A DNA stretch of 64,000 bases. Source: Porticoccaceae bacterium (GTDB lineage: Bacteria > Pseudomonadota > Gammaproteobacteria > Pseudomonadales > Porticoccaceae). The notes beneath the pieces are model-generated. The model did no database searches. It was not told the DNA's origin and saw nothing but the letters and a program-made list of their open reading frames with translations. The stretch spans positions 47,607 to 111,606 of the forward strand of contig JBMHCB010000006.1 in the NCBI GenBank assembly GCA_049890135.1. The letters run 5' to 3'. The translations under genes were made by a program, and so were the position numbers. Positions 9,949 through 20,374 of the stretch are shown here, one piece after another (positions within the stretch are counted from its first letter, which is position 1; every line of letters starts with the position of its first letter).

Positions 9949-11145
9949 ATGTTTGAGAGTTTAAAGCCTGTTGCAGGTGACCCTATTTTAGGACTAATGG
10001 CAGCCTATAGAGCTGACAGTAGAGAGCATAAAATTGACTTAGGTGTGGGTGTCTATCAGGACGACAGTGGTCGAACCCCAGTTATGAAATCGGTTAAATT
10101 GGCTGAAGCTAAGTTGATGGAGCTGGAAAACACCAAGGCTTATCAGGGTATTGCCGGTGATGCTGGCTATAATCAGTTGATGATGGCGCTTCTGTTTGGC
10201 ACCGATCATAGTATTTTAACCTCGGACCGTTTAGTTACTCTTCAGGCTCCGGGTGGCTCAGGCTCATTGCGTGTGGGCGCTGAGGTTGTTCAACGCGCGC
10301 GTCCTGATGCAAAACTTTGGGTAGGTGTGCCTACTTGGCCTAATCATATTCCACTAATGGGTAGTGCGGGCTTCGAAATTAAAGAATACCCTTATTACGA
10401 CAAATCCACTCATAGCATTAATATTGAGGCTATGATGGAAACCTTAAATAAAGTACCTGCTGGTGATGTGGTCTTATTACATGGTTGCTGTCATAACCCC
10501 ACAGGTGCTGATTTACAACCTGAGCATTGGGATAAGATTGCTGATATTGCGCTTGAAAGAGGCTTTATCCCGTTTATTGATATTGCTTATCAGGGTTTGG
10601 GGCAGAGTTTAGATGCCGATGCCTATGGTTTGCGTATGATGTCTGAGCGCTTACCTGAGCTTTTGGTTGCTTCTTCCTGTTCTAAAAACTTTGGCCTTTA
10701 TCGTGAACGAACGGGTTCAATTACGATGATTGCCGAGTCAGCTGAACAGGCTAAGATTGTCTCTGCGCAGTCTATGTCTACGGCACGTCAAATTTATTCT
10801 ATGCCACCTGCCCATGGTGCACTCTTGGTTTCACTTATTTTGGGTGATGATCAGTTGCGAGCTAACTGGCAAACTGAACTTGAAGAAGTTAGATTGCGAA
10901 TTAAATCAATGCGCACGCTATTTACTGATGGTATAAACAATAATGCTGCTGGTATGGACTTTAGCCATATTAAGCAACAGCAGGGCATGTTTTCTTTCTT
11001 GGGTATTACCTCTGATCAGTTAAACCGATTGCGTGAGGAGTTTGCGATTTATATTGTAGGTTCGACTCGGGTAAATTTGGCAGGCATTAATTCTACCAAT
11101 ATTGATTATCTGATTCAGTCGATAAAAACTGTATTGGATGCCTAA
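9949..11145 (+). CDS. Class I aromatic-amino-acid/aspartate aminotransferase (TyrB/AspC type)
   Basis: 398 aa with the PLP-lysine motif SCSKNFGLYRERTG and the N-terminal GDPILGL motif. Confidence 0.88.
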   Translation: MFESLKPVAGDPILGLMAAYRADSREHKIDLGVGVYQDDSGRTPVMKSVKLAEAKLMELENTKAYQGIAGDAGYNQLMMALLFGTDHSILTSDRLVTLQAPGGSGSLRVGAEVVQRARPDAKLWVGVPTWPNHIPLMGSAGFEIKEYPYYDKSTHSINIEAMMETLNKVPAGDVVLLHGCCHNPTGADLQPEHWDKIADIALERGFIPFIDIAYQGLGQSLDADAYGLRMMSERLPELLVASSCSKNFGLYRERTGSITMIAESAEQAKIVSAQSMSTARQIYSMPPAHGALLVSLILGDDQLRANWQTELEEVRLRIKSMRTLFTDGINNNAAGMDFSHIKQQQGMFSFLGITSDQLNRLREEFAIYIVGSTRVNLAGINSTNIDYLIQSIKTVLDA

Positions 11146-11174
11146 TTTAATTGTTGATTAGTTGAGTTCCTATC

Positions 11175-11216
11175 AAAAAAAACCTCCATTGTAGCTGCTA
11201 TGCAATATGATGGAGG
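11175..11216 (-). terminator. Minus-strand rho-independent terminator in the tyrB-nadK gap
   Basis: CCTCCAT (11183-11189) pairs with ATGGAGG (11210-11216). The A8 run at 11175-11182 gives a U8 tract after the stem only on the minus strand. Confidence 0.45.
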
Positions 11217-11599
11217 GAACAATTCCTTTATAGCGATCACTTGCATAGCCAAAGACCAATGATGGTAGGAAGGTGCCAAGCGTCATTATTAGCTTATGTT
11301 CAAAAAGGTGTAATAGAGCAAAAATACAACTAGTTATAAGATTGGCCTATAGATATTTCACTAATTCTAATACTATTTTTAATTAGGCTGTTTAATTATC
11401 AAAATTGTCGTATTGATGATGATTAGTTGATTAAAAGATATCAAGTTGATCGCTGACTTGATACGCTAGTAAAGCACTCGTTTTCATTTCAAAAAAATAT
11501 CTTACTTGTTACTATCTTGTTATAAATTTTATTTAAGGATTGTGCATCAATAGGGTGCTAATCTGTATAATCATTGGATTATTATCGGTGCCAAATATT

Positions 11600-12493
11600 A
11601 TGCCTTATTTTCAACGAATTGGATTGCTTAGTAGCATTGACGCAGAAGAAGTTAAGCAATCGATCCAAAAACTGGATGCTTTTCTGCAGTCTCAAGGGCG
11701 TGAGGTTGTCTATGAGGCAAAAACTGCACATTTGGTTGAATGGCCGGTAGAAAATCCGCTGATCATTAAAGAATTTTTGGCCGCCATTGATTTGGTGATA
11801 GTTATTGGTGGCGATGGCAGTATTTTAAGTGCCTGTCGTAAAATTGCCGCTAGTGATGTGCCGCTGTTGGGTATTAATTTAGGTAGACTGGGCTTCTTGA
11901 CGGATATAACCCCCGACGAAATTGAAGATCGTGTTGCGTCTGTTTTAGCTGGTGAGTTTAAACAAACAGAGCGCTTTATGCTCAATACTAGTATTTCCCG
12001 CAATGGTAATGAAATTGGTTCTGGTACTGCATTAAATGATGTAGTTCTTCACCCTGGTATGTCAGTTAGAATGATGGAGTTCGAACTCTATGTTGATGGT
12101 GAATTTGTCTACAGCCAGCGTTCTGATGGATTAATTGTAGCAACCCCAACTGGGTCCACAGCCTATGCATTATCTGCTGGCGGTCCATTGATATGTCCGG
12201 AACTTGATGCAATGGTATGTGTTCCTCTAAACCCGCATACATTGAGCAGTCGACCAATCGTTCTTCATGGTGATTCTGAAATAGAAATCAGGGTTAATTC
12301 AAAGCATGAACTGCATCCATCGGTAACCTGTGATGGTCAAGATGATCTATCAACAGAGCCGGGTGATACCATTCGAATTGTAAAGCATCAGCATGCTATT
12401 TCTCTTATTCATCCTAAGGATAACAATTTCTATAAGGTTTCTCGTTCAAAGTTAGGCTGGGGCAGTCGTTTGGGCGTAAAAAAAGAACGATAA
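11600..12493 (+). CDS. nadK: NAD kinase
   Basis: Motifs VIGGDGSIL, NLGRLGFLTD and TPTGSTAYALSAGGP. I chose the start at ATG 11600 (MPYFQRIGL), because the tracked ORF begins upstream at a non-ATG codon. Confidence 0.88.
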   Translation: MPYFQRIGLLSSIDAEEVKQSIQKLDAFLQSQGREVVYEAKTAHLVEWPVENPLIIKEFLAAIDLVIVIGGDGSILSACRKIAASDVPLLGINLGRLGFLTDITPDEIEDRVASVLAGEFKQTERFMLNTSISRNGNEIGSGTALNDVVLHPGMSVRMMEFELYVDGEFVYSQRSDGLIVATPTGSTAYALSAGGPLICPELDAMVCVPLNPHTLSSRPIVLHGDSEIEIRVNSKHELHPSVTCDGQDDLSTEPGDTIRIVKHQHAISLIHPKDNNFYKVSRSKLGWGSRLGVKKER

Positions 12494-12528
12494 CTCAATG
12501 CCGGCACCAGTAAGGAATATTTGTAGCT

Positions 12529-13140
12529 ATGAATCTTTGGAATGTTTCTAGTTTGCGTTATGGAATAGGGCGCAATCCCGTTGTAGCAATTTTAATTCTG
12601 GGATCATTGATTGGCGCGGCGATTGTCGAGTTGAGCCCATCCCTAACCAATAGACTATTTTTTCCCAATCCGATTCAGGGGCAATACTTTCAACTTTTAA
12701 GTCCTATTTTTTTACATTTTGGAATCATACATTTGGTATTTAATTGTCTTTGGTTAAGTTTGTTGGGTTCTAAGGTTGAATCTGCTGATGGATCAGTTCA
12801 TTTGTTACTATTGGTTTTAGTCACCGGTGTTGCGTCTAATATGTCTCAGTACTATTGGTCAGGGACTATTTATTTTGGCGGTATGTCTGGTGTGATCTAT
12901 GCTCTTTTGGGTTATCTTTGGATTAAGAATAAAATTGCACCTCAGAATCATGCGCCATTGCCTAGCGGTTTAATGGGGTTTATGGTGGGTTGGCTAGTTC
13001 TCTGTACGACTGGTGTTTTAGAAGTTGCCCTAGGCATTGGTGTTGCTAATGCCGCCCACTTAAGCGGTTTAACGTCGGGGCTGTTTATTGGCCTGGTATT
13101 TGCGCTGAAAAGCGTGGCCTTGAGTCAACATGGTGAATAG
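12529..13140 (+). CDS. Rhomboid-family intramembrane serine protease
   Basis: 203 aa and polytopic, with the catalytic Ser in GGMSGVIYAL and the catalytic His in AAHLSGL. Confidence 0.8.
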   Translation: MNLWNVSSLRYGIGRNPVVAILILGSLIGAAIVELSPSLTNRLFFPNPIQGQYFQLLSPIFLHFGIIHLVFNCLWLSLLGSKVESADGSVHLLLLVLVTGVASNMSQYYWSGTIYFGGMSGVIYALLGYLWIKNKIAPQNHAPLPSGLMGFMVGWLVLCTTGVLEVALGIGVANAAHLSGLTSGLFIGLVFALKSVALSQHGE

Positions 13141-13149
13141 CGAGTAGGT

Positions 13150-13395
13150 ATGGATTTACAACAGCTTTTAAAAAGTATTACCCCAGAAATCTATCAACAG
13201 TTACAAAAAGCGGTAGAGATTGGAAAGTGGCCCGATGGAAAGAGTATCACCGAGGAGCAGCGTTCCCTTTGTATGCAGGCTATTATTGCCTACGATCAGC
13301 ACAAGCCAGAACATGAAAGAACAGGCTATGTGCCAGAAAAAGAATCCGCTTGTGCAACGGATGATAAACCCAAGCCAATTAAGTGGGATCATTGA
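13150..13395 (+). CDS. YeaC-like small protein (DUF1315)
   Basis: 81-aa acidic ORF. The family name is recalled from memory of similar gammaproteobacterial proteins. It is stop/start-coupled to the next gene through TGATG. Confidence 0.65.
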   Translation: MDLQQLLKSITPEIYQQLQKAVEIGKWPDGKSITEEQRSLCMQAIIAYDQHKPEHERTGYVPEKESACATDDKPKPIKWDH

Positions 13396-14222
13396 TGTCT
13401 ATTTCTGTATCAGGTCATTTGGCAAAAATGCAGGCTGAACTCAATCAGCTGGTGCAATATTTTTTGCCTCTTGATGATCATCGTGAACCGCTTAATTCGC
13501 TGCTAGGCAAACCGATTCGATTGGAATATTTGGGTGATATTCACTGCACCCACTGTGGGCGACGTTCCAAAAAAAGCTTTAGTCAGGGTTATTGTTACCC
13601 CTGTTTCACTAAATTACCTCAGTGTGACACCTGTATTATGAGCCCTGAAAAATGCCACTATGATCAGGGTACCTGTCGTGATCCCAGTTGGGGTGAACAG
13701 TACTGTTTTACAGATCATTATGTGTACTTAGCCAATAGCTCTGGCGTTAAGGTGGGTATCACGCGAGGCTCTCAGGTGCCAACCCGTTGGATTGATCAGG
13801 GCGCGACTCAGGCAATGCCAATTTTTCGGGTTAAATCACGTTACCAGGCCGGTTTAATCGAAGACTGCTTAAGAGAGCATATTGCTGACCGAACCCACTG
13901 GCAGAAAATGCTTAAAGGTAATTCAGAAGCTGTGGATTTAGAACAGATTCGAGATGATTTATTAGTTCAGTCAGAGGCTGGATTAAGCGAGTTAAAGCAG
14001 AGATTTGGCTTGTTAGCTATACAGCGGCTTTACCATCAAAAAGTAGTTGATATTAATTTCCCTGTATTGGAGTTTCCAGAAAAAGTTAAAAGTCTAAACT
14101 TTGATAAACAACCTATAGTTGAAGGAGTACTTCAGGGTATTAAAGGCCAGTATTTGATATTAGATACTGGCGTAATCAATATTAGAAAATTTACTGCATA
14201 CAACGTGCAATTTTCCGCATAA
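13395..14222 (+). CDS. DUF2797-like Cys-rich protein
   Basis: Cys clusters CTHCGRRSKK...CYPCF...CDTCIMSPEKCHY. ATG 13395 overlaps the upstream stop, and GTG 13383 is an alternative start. Confidence 0.7.
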   Translation: MSISVSGHLAKMQAELNQLVQYFLPLDDHREPLNSLLGKPIRLEYLGDIHCTHCGRRSKKSFSQGYCYPCFTKLPQCDTCIMSPEKCHYDQGTCRDPSWGEQYCFTDHYVYLANSSGVKVGITRGSQVPTRWIDQGATQAMPIFRVKSRYQAGLIEDCLREHIADRTHWQKMLKGNSEAVDLEQIRDDLLVQSEAGLSELKQRFGLLAIQRLYHQKVVDINFPVLEFPEKVKSLNFDKQPIVEGVLQGIKGQYLILDTGVINIRKFTAYNVQFSA

Positions 14223-14238
14223 TTAAGGCGTAATCACT

Positions 14239-16872
14239 GTGAAAGATGCAACACCTCAAACTATTTATCTCAAAGACTACAGAGTTCCAGAGTTTGTTAT
14301 TGATAAAACCAATCTGGTTTTCGATTTAAATGATCAACATTGTCGAGTCAGTAGTTTTCTTGCTATTCGTCGTAACCCTCGAAGTCAGCAAGCAAAATCT
14401 GCTTTATTTCTTCATGGCGGTCCTGAGCTTGATCTACAAAGCATACATATTGATGGCCGTGAACTCACTGATAGTGAATATCAGCGAACAGATGATGGTT
14501 TGGTTATTGGTCAGATGCCAGATCAAGGTGAAATCAATATCGAGGTGCTGATTAAGCCGCACCTAAACACTACCATGATGGGTTTATATAAATCTCGAAC
14601 CATGTTCTGTACCCAATGTGAGGCTGAGGGTTTTAGAAATATAACCTTCTATCTCGACCGTCCCGATGTGATGTCTGAATTCACGACTAAGCTAATCGCC
14701 GACAAACAACAATTTCCAGTATTACTTTCCAATGGGAATCCAGTAGAACAGGGTGAATTAGATAACGGGCGGCACTTTGTAACTTGGCACGATCCATTTA
14801 AAAAGCCCGCTTATCTATTTGCGCTAGTTGCGGGAAATCTAGCTGTGGTTGAGGATAGTTTTACTACCTGTTCTAGCCGAGATATTTTGTTGCAGATTTA
14901 TGTGGAAGAAAAAGATCTCAATAAATGCGATCACGCCATGTTGTCCTTAAAAAATTCCATGGATTGGGACGAAAAAGTCTATGGCCGTGAATATGATCTA
15001 GACCGTTTTATGATAGTTGCGGTAGATGATTTCAATATGGGCGCTATGGAGAATAAAGGCCTTAATATCTTTAATACTTCAGCTGTCTTAGCCAACCCCA
15101 GAACCACAACAGATGCAGCCTTTCAAAGGGTTGAGGGAATTGTTGCTCATGAATATTTCCATAATTGGTCAGGCAATAGAGTTACCTGTCGAGATTGGTT
15201 TCAGTTAAGTTTAAAAGAAGGCTTTACTGTATATAGGGATAGCCAGTTTTCTGCCGATATGAATTCGCCCGTGGTTAAGCGCATTGAAGATGTGGTCTAT
15301 CTTCGCACTTATCAGTTTGCCGAAGACGCCGGTCCTATGTCTCATCCTGTTCAGCCTGATGCCTATATGGAAATTAATAATTTTTATACCCTTACCGTGT
15401 ATGAAAAAGGTGCAGAGGTCGTGGGTATGATTCATAGCCTTCTAGGTGATAAGAAATTTCGCGAGGGCAGTGATCTATATTTCTCTCGGCACGATGGACA
15501 AGCCGTTACCATTGAAGAATTTGTCGGTGCTATGGAAGAGGTCAGTGGTTTGGACCTTAAGCAATTCCGTCGCTGGTATAAGCAATCTGGGACACCTCAG
15601 GTCGATGTAAAAAGTCATTATGATTCAGAGGCTAAAACCTATAGTTTAACTTTTGAGCAAAGCTGTCCTACAACTCCTGGCCAAACTCATAAAAAGCCCT
15701 TTGTTATTCCTATTAAGCTCGGTTTGGTGGGCGTAGATGGGGAGGATTTGCCGCTTAATAGTCAGGGTGATACCAGTCTTGTCTTCTCTCTTTATGATAC
15801 AAGCCAAACACTGGTTTTTGAGAATATACAGCAACCAGCAGTACCCTCGCTGCTTAGAGGATTTTCAGCACCGATTAAGCTTAATTATGACTATACATCC
15901 GATCAATTAGCTCATCTGATGGCTAATGATTCAGATGGCTTTAATCGTTGGGATGCGGGACAAAAACTGAGTTTGATAGTTCTTAATAAGTTGATTGATG
16001 ATGCCATGGCCGAGCGCGAATTAGTGATGGATCAGCAGCTAATCAATGTTTTTGGTGACTTGATTACTGATCAAAGTTTAGATCCCGCCATGGTCAATCT
16101 AATGCTCCAATTACCTAGTGAAGCGCAGTTGCATGAGCAAGCAGAAATGATTTATGTGGAGCCTATTCATCGCGCTCGTGAATTTGCCCGTCAATCAATA
16201 GCTAGTGCGCTAGAATCAGACTTGATTGCCACATATCAGCGATTAACCGAAACTCAGGACTATGCACCAGAAGCCTCTCAAATAGGTCGGCGTGCGCTAC
16301 GTAACTGTGTTCTTGGATACCTAATGCAGATTGAAGCGGTGGGGCCAGAATTAGCTTGGCGGCAATTTAATGATGCCAGTAATATGACTGATAAGGCGGC
16401 AGCTCTTAGTGCATTGGCTAACTGCCAAGCCGCAGATAGGCATATCGAAAAGGCGCTTAAAAGTTTTGAAGAACAATTTGTCGATGAAACCTTAGCTATG
16501 AACCTATGGTTACAAATTCAGGCAACCAGCAAGTTAGAAAATGGTCTTGATAGGGTGAAAGCGCTTATGGATCATCCCGCATTTAATATTAATAATCCCA
16601 ATAAGGCTCGAAGCCTACTGGGTGCTTTCTGTAGTGCCAATCCAGTTAATTTTCATCACGTAGATGGCTCAGGATACCGTTTCTTACAGGAGCAAATTAT
16701 TGCGCTAAATGCCTTAAATCCACAGGTGGCAGCACGCTTGGTAACGCCGCTAACCCGATGGAAAAAACTACCTGAGCCCAATTGTCAACAAATGCGCGAT
16801 GCTTTACAGAAAATCGCCAACCATAAAGGGTTAGTCAAGGATATTCAGGAGATTGTGACTAAGTCGCTGTGA
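14239..16872 (+). CDS. pepN: Aminopeptidase N (M1 family)
   Basis: 877 aa with a GTG start, the GAMEN exopeptidase motif and the zinc motif HEYFHNWSGN...E. Confidence 0.93.
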   Translation: MKDATPQTIYLKDYRVPEFVIDKTNLVFDLNDQHCRVSSFLAIRRNPRSQQAKSALFLHGGPELDLQSIHIDGRELTDSEYQRTDDGLVIGQMPDQGEINIEVLIKPHLNTTMMGLYKSRTMFCTQCEAEGFRNITFYLDRPDVMSEFTTKLIADKQQFPVLLSNGNPVEQGELDNGRHFVTWHDPFKKPAYLFALVAGNLAVVEDSFTTCSSRDILLQIYVEEKDLNKCDHAMLSLKNSMDWDEKVYGREYDLDRFMIVAVDDFNMGAMENKGLNIFNTSAVLANPRTTTDAAFQRVEGIVAHEYFHNWSGNRVTCRDWFQLSLKEGFTVYRDSQFSADMNSPVVKRIEDVVYLRTYQFAEDAGPMSHPVQPDAYMEINNFYTLTVYEKGAEVVGMIHSLLGDKKFREGSDLYFSRHDGQAVTIEEFVGAMEEVSGLDLKQFRRWYKQSGTPQVDVKSHYDSEAKTYSLTFEQSCPTTPGQTHKKPFVIPIKLGLVGVDGEDLPLNSQGDTSLVFSLYDTSQTLVFENIQQPAVPSLLRGFSAPIKLNYDYTSDQLAHLMANDSDGFNRWDAGQKLSLIVLNKLIDDAMAERELVMDQQLINVFGDLITDQSLDPAMVNLMLQLPSEAQLHEQAEMIYVEPIHRAREFARQSIASALESDLIATYQRLTETQDYAPEASQIGRRALRNCVLGYLMQIEAVGPELAWRQFNDASNMTDKAAALSALANCQAADRHIEKALKSFEEQFVDETLAMNLWLQIQATSKLENGLDRVKALMDHPAFNINNPNKARSLLGAFCSANPVNFHHVDGSGYRFLQEQIIALNALNPQVAARLVTPLTRWKKLPEPNCQQMRDALQKIANHKGLVKDIQEIVTKSL

Positions 16873-16882
16873 TGCGACTTAG
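16859..16882. terminator. Hairpin spanning the pepN stop in the 13-nt convergent gap with batD
   Basis: CTAAGTCGC (16859-16867), loop TGTGAT containing the TGA stop, GCGACTTAG (16874-16882). There is no U-tract. Confidence 0.4.
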
Positions 16883-16885
16883 CGT

Positions 16886-18574
16886 CTAGTCAAAGTCATT
16901 GGTTGGATACAGCGGCTTCAGTTCAATGCCACGTCCTTTTTTGCCGCTTGCGGGCTTAAAGTTCTTAAGTAATTTAATGATTACTGCTGTATCTAATTCT
17001 GAAGATTTTTTACTATCTGGTTTAAATAGCTCTTGATCAAGTAAATCAAATTGCTGTTTTAACTCAGAATTAGCCATAAGATCTGCCAGTTGATTAAGGG
17101 ATCTGGATGGCTGTTGCGGGAAAACTTCAGCACCCCAGAGTAAAATACTGTCGCGCATTGCGCCCAAATTATTATCTGCCGCCTGTTTGGCTGTTTGATT
17201 TAGCCAATATTTGGCATTGGTAATCTTGTTTTTTTCTTCTATAACCGGTCTAGATGGTGTGTTTTTTCGCCAGTATAAAAGCCCAACAATTAGCGCAATA
17301 AAAAGAGCGTTCAGTGTAAGAGACCACTGAGTAAGCCTAGATAAAGTATTTTCACCAACTGGGCTTTCGGCTCCTGCTGTTTGGTTGCTTATGGCATTGT
17401 TTTCATAGCTTATTTGCGGTGTATTTTTAGCTGCCATTACGGTAAATATGCGCGAAGGCAAGCGGCTAGTTTGTGATCGATTATTGACCGTATCCCACCA
17501 CTTTATTTCTATGGCTGGGAGGGTTAATTGACCCTCTTGATTGGGGACTATGGCAACGCTTTCAGATCGTATACCAAGAATGCCGCGATTGGTTTGATTA
17601 TCCTCCAAAACCGCTTGGTCGGGATAGAGTTTAACCGCAGTATTTTCAAGGGTTGGTAGGGGTTGAATTTGCGCCGCAGTTAACCCCAGTGCGCTGATTT
17701 TGATAGTTCTGGTAATAGGCTCACCTGCGGTCAGAATATCTGATGTCTGACTCCAAGACTCCTCTAATCTAACTTGACTACTGGGCATCCACTGGCTTGC
17801 ACTGATATGGCTTGGTTTTGGCACAATATCAATAGTCTTTTCTTCAGTCAGTCGGGCTAAACGATTGCCGCGTGAAAAGAAACCGCCAAATTGCGAACCA
17901 CTGGTTTCAAATGCCGTAAAGCGCTGGCTAGGAATGGTGAGCTTGCCAACAGCTTGAGGGAAAACAGCAAATTTAATATCGATAATGGAGTAATTTTTAT
18001 CATTGATACGTTTATTAAAGCGCTCCTCGGAAACCTTTTGAACAACCGCATCGGGGATATCAAATTCTGATATTGAGATATCCTGAAGCGGAACAGAGTA
18101 ATGCAGTCGATGAGAGAGTATTATCTGTTCTTGAATATAGGCAGAATTTTTATTCACCGTGGTTTGGATATAGACAGGTTTATTTGCGGTTGCAGCGTTG
18201 GTTTTATTGGCTGCTCGCACTAAAACGCTAATAGACTGACTGGTATGACCTTTAAAGTTTAATTGAGGGATAGTTAGTTGACCTTTTCGCTTAGGTAACA
18301 ATAACAGCTTCCAATCAGTAGATGATTTTTGTTTGCCATTGATCCATGAAAGCTGCTGTTGCTGACTATTAGAGATAATCTCAAAATCTCTCTGAAGCTG
18401 ATTGAAGTTTGGTTTGCCCGTCGCCGACTGTCCCGAATAGGTCACAGTGAGCTGAAGGGTTTCATCAGTCTCTATTTCAGTTCTATCAACCTGAGAAATT
18501 AGCGAAGCCCAGCTGGGTGCTGCCATAACAATTAGGCAAATAGTTAAGATATTATTTAAAAACGGTCTACTCAT
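16886..18574 (-). CDS. BatD-family (oxygen-tolerance) protein
   Basis: 562 aa with a signal peptide, a large periplasmic region, a late TM helix (LNALFIALIVGLLYW) and a cytoplasmic tail. It is the last gene of the Bat-type operon, and its ATG directly follows the upstream stop. Confidence 0.8.
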   Translation of the reverse strand: MSRPFLNNILTICLIVMAAPSWASLISQVDRTEIETDETLQLTVTYSGQSATGKPNFNQLQRDFEIISNSQQQQLSWINGKQKSSTDWKLLLLPKRKGQLTIPQLNFKGHTSQSISVLVRAANKTNAATANKPVYIQTTVNKNSAYIQEQIILSHRLHYSVPLQDISISEFDIPDAVVQKVSEERFNKRINDKNYSIIDIKFAVFPQAVGKLTIPSQRFTAFETSGSQFGGFFSRGNRLARLTEEKTIDIVPKPSHISASQWMPSSQVRLEESWSQTSDILTAGEPITRTIKISALGLTAAQIQPLPTLENTAVKLYPDQAVLEDNQTNRGILGIRSESVAIVPNQEGQLTLPAIEIKWWDTVNNRSQTSRLPSRIFTVMAAKNTPQISYENNAISNQTAGAESPVGENTLSRLTQWSLTLNALFIALIVGLLYWRKNTPSRPVIEEKNKITNAKYWLNQTAKQAADNNLGAMRDSILLWGAEVFPQQPSRSLNQLADLMANSELKQQFDLLDQELFKPDSKKSSELDTAVIIKLLKNFKPASGKKGRGIELKPLYPTNDFD

Positions 18575-20374
18575 CTACCAACGCTCTTGCTGATTAGGGG
18601 GTGGCGGGCGACGTTGCTCTGACGCTCGCTGCTGTGATTGATAACGAAATTTTTGGCGCAATAAGCCACCTGGGTCGTCGGGTACTCTGCGCAGCCATTG
18701 CTGTAATTCCTGTTGTTGCTGTTCTTCGAGTTTCTCTTGATCTGATTTTTGCATTTCACTCATTTGTTGCTCAGCAGAATCTTTATTTTCTTTTTCTTCT
18801 GCTACTTGATTTTTTTGCTCTTCAGTTTCAGATTCTTCTTGATCTTTATCGGCCTGTTGAGCCTGATCTTGCTGCTCACTTTCTTGGTTTTGACCGTCCT
18901 TTGACTGACTTTGTTGCTGCTGACTATCTTGAGATTGGCTCTGCTGTGATTGATCTTGTTGCTCACCATTTTGCGATTGATTTTGCTGTTGTTGCTGTTT
19001 TAATTGTTCAATAAGGGCTTTGTTGGCAATCGCGTCTTCCATTTCAGGCGCTAAATCTAGTGCCTGATCGTAGGCTTTAATAGCACCATCTAAGTCACCC
19101 ATATGGGCCAGAGTATTCCCCAAATTATAATAATTATCTGCACTATTACCCAGTTTGTAATGCTCAGCCGCGGATTCATAATCACGATTTTTGTATGCAG
19201 CGCTGGCCTGCCATTGTGGATTTTTAAATAGTGACTGTGCTGTTTTTGTATCGCCATTATCAAAAGCATTTTGACCCTGTTGATCTTGGGTGTACCATAA
19301 ATCTTGCCATAATGAGGCTTCTGTGGGCTGTGTGGTCAGTAAAGTAGGGCCCAAAATCAGAACATACACAGCACCCTTTCTAAAGCTAGCCAATAAGAAC
19401 GGAATAATTAAAAGAGCAATCCAAAACCCGCGATCTTCCCAAATATCAAATGATCGATCGTCTAATTCTGTGGTGTTGGGGAATTCTTGCGCTACAGCTT
19501 CAGCAATAGCAGAAATATCAGTATCATCATTGGTTATACTGAAGTAACTACCTTTGCCAATACTAGCAAGTTGCTGCAGAGATGAAGGCTCTAGTCTTGG
19601 CAATATAATGCTGTTATTTTGATCCTTAACAAAGCCTCCATTACCCAGTGGAATAGGTGCACCCTGAAGTGTGCCTATACCTAGGATATGTAAGCGTATA
19701 TTTTCTTCAGATAACTGAGCAGAGATATCTCTAAACGCTGATCTTGCAACTCCGTCGGTAATTAATAATAAATCGGCCTGTTGATGACCGCCGTTATTAA
19801 TAAGTTCAATTGCCGTAGCTATGCCATCTTCAGTATTACTGCCATAACTGGGTAAGAGTGTAGGATTCAAGGTGGGTGCAAGACTAATGATTGTATTGCT
19901 ATCTTCAGTTAAAGGGGATACCACAAAAGCCTCACCTCCGTATACCACAAGGCCAGTGAGACCCTGTTGTCGAGCCTTTAGAATATCAATCATTTTGTAT
20001 CTAGCTCTTACCAGTCGACTGGGAGATATATCCTCAGCAAGCATTGAAGGAGATAAGTCAAAAACGATAACCAAGGCTGAATCTTCTTTGTGGACCGGTT
20101 GTGGTAATTGGTTCCATGATGGGCCCGCCAAGCTTAAGCAAAATAACAGCCAGCATAGTGCTAAGCATCGGTGAAAATATTTAGCATAGCTATTACTATC
20201 CAATCTATCTTGCATAAGGTAGGGCAGAAGAGTGGGATTTATAACTTTTTCCCAGTTGCCTGTTTGTTGATTAATTTTCTTTATTAGGCCAAAGCATAAT
20301 ACTGCTGGCAGTAACCCCAATAGCCATAGTGGTCGAATAAAGTGGAAATCTGTTAAAAACTGCCAATCAGCCAT
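18575..20374 (-). CDS. VWA-domain plus TPR protein (BatB/BatC-like fusion) with a Q/E/S-rich tail
   Basis: N-terminal TM helices, MIDAS motif VFDLSPSM, TPR-like repeats (YYNLGNTLAHMGDLDGAIKAYDQAL), then about 100 aa of Gln/Glu/Ser low complexity. I chose the start at MADWQ (20374), which overlaps the batA stop as ATGGCTGA. Confidence 0.8.
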   Translation of the reverse strand: MADWQFLTDFHFIRPLWLLGLLPAVLCFGLIKKINQQTGNWEKVINPTLLPYLMQDRLDSNSYAKYFHRCLALCWLLFCLSLAGPSWNQLPQPVHKEDSALVIVFDLSPSMLAEDISPSRLVRARYKMIDILKARQQGLTGLVVYGGEAFVVSPLTEDSNTIISLAPTLNPTLLPSYGSNTEDGIATAIELINNGGHQQADLLLITDGVARSAFRDISAQLSEENIRLHILGIGTLQGAPIPLGNGGFVKDQNNSIILPRLEPSSLQQLASIGKGSYFSITNDDTDISAIAEAVAQEFPNTTELDDRSFDIWEDRGFWIALLIIPFLLASFRKGAVYVLILGPTLLTTQPTEASLWQDLWYTQDQQGQNAFDNGDTKTAQSLFKNPQWQASAAYKNRDYESAAEHYKLGNSADNYYNLGNTLAHMGDLDGAIKAYDQALDLAPEMEDAIANKALIEQLKQQQQQNQSQNGEQQDQSQQSQSQDSQQQQSQSKDGQNQESEQQDQAQQADKDQEESETEEQKNQVAEEKENKDSAEQQMSEMQKSDQEKLEEQQQQELQQWLRRVPDDPGGLLRQKFRYQSQQRASEQRRPPPPNQQERW

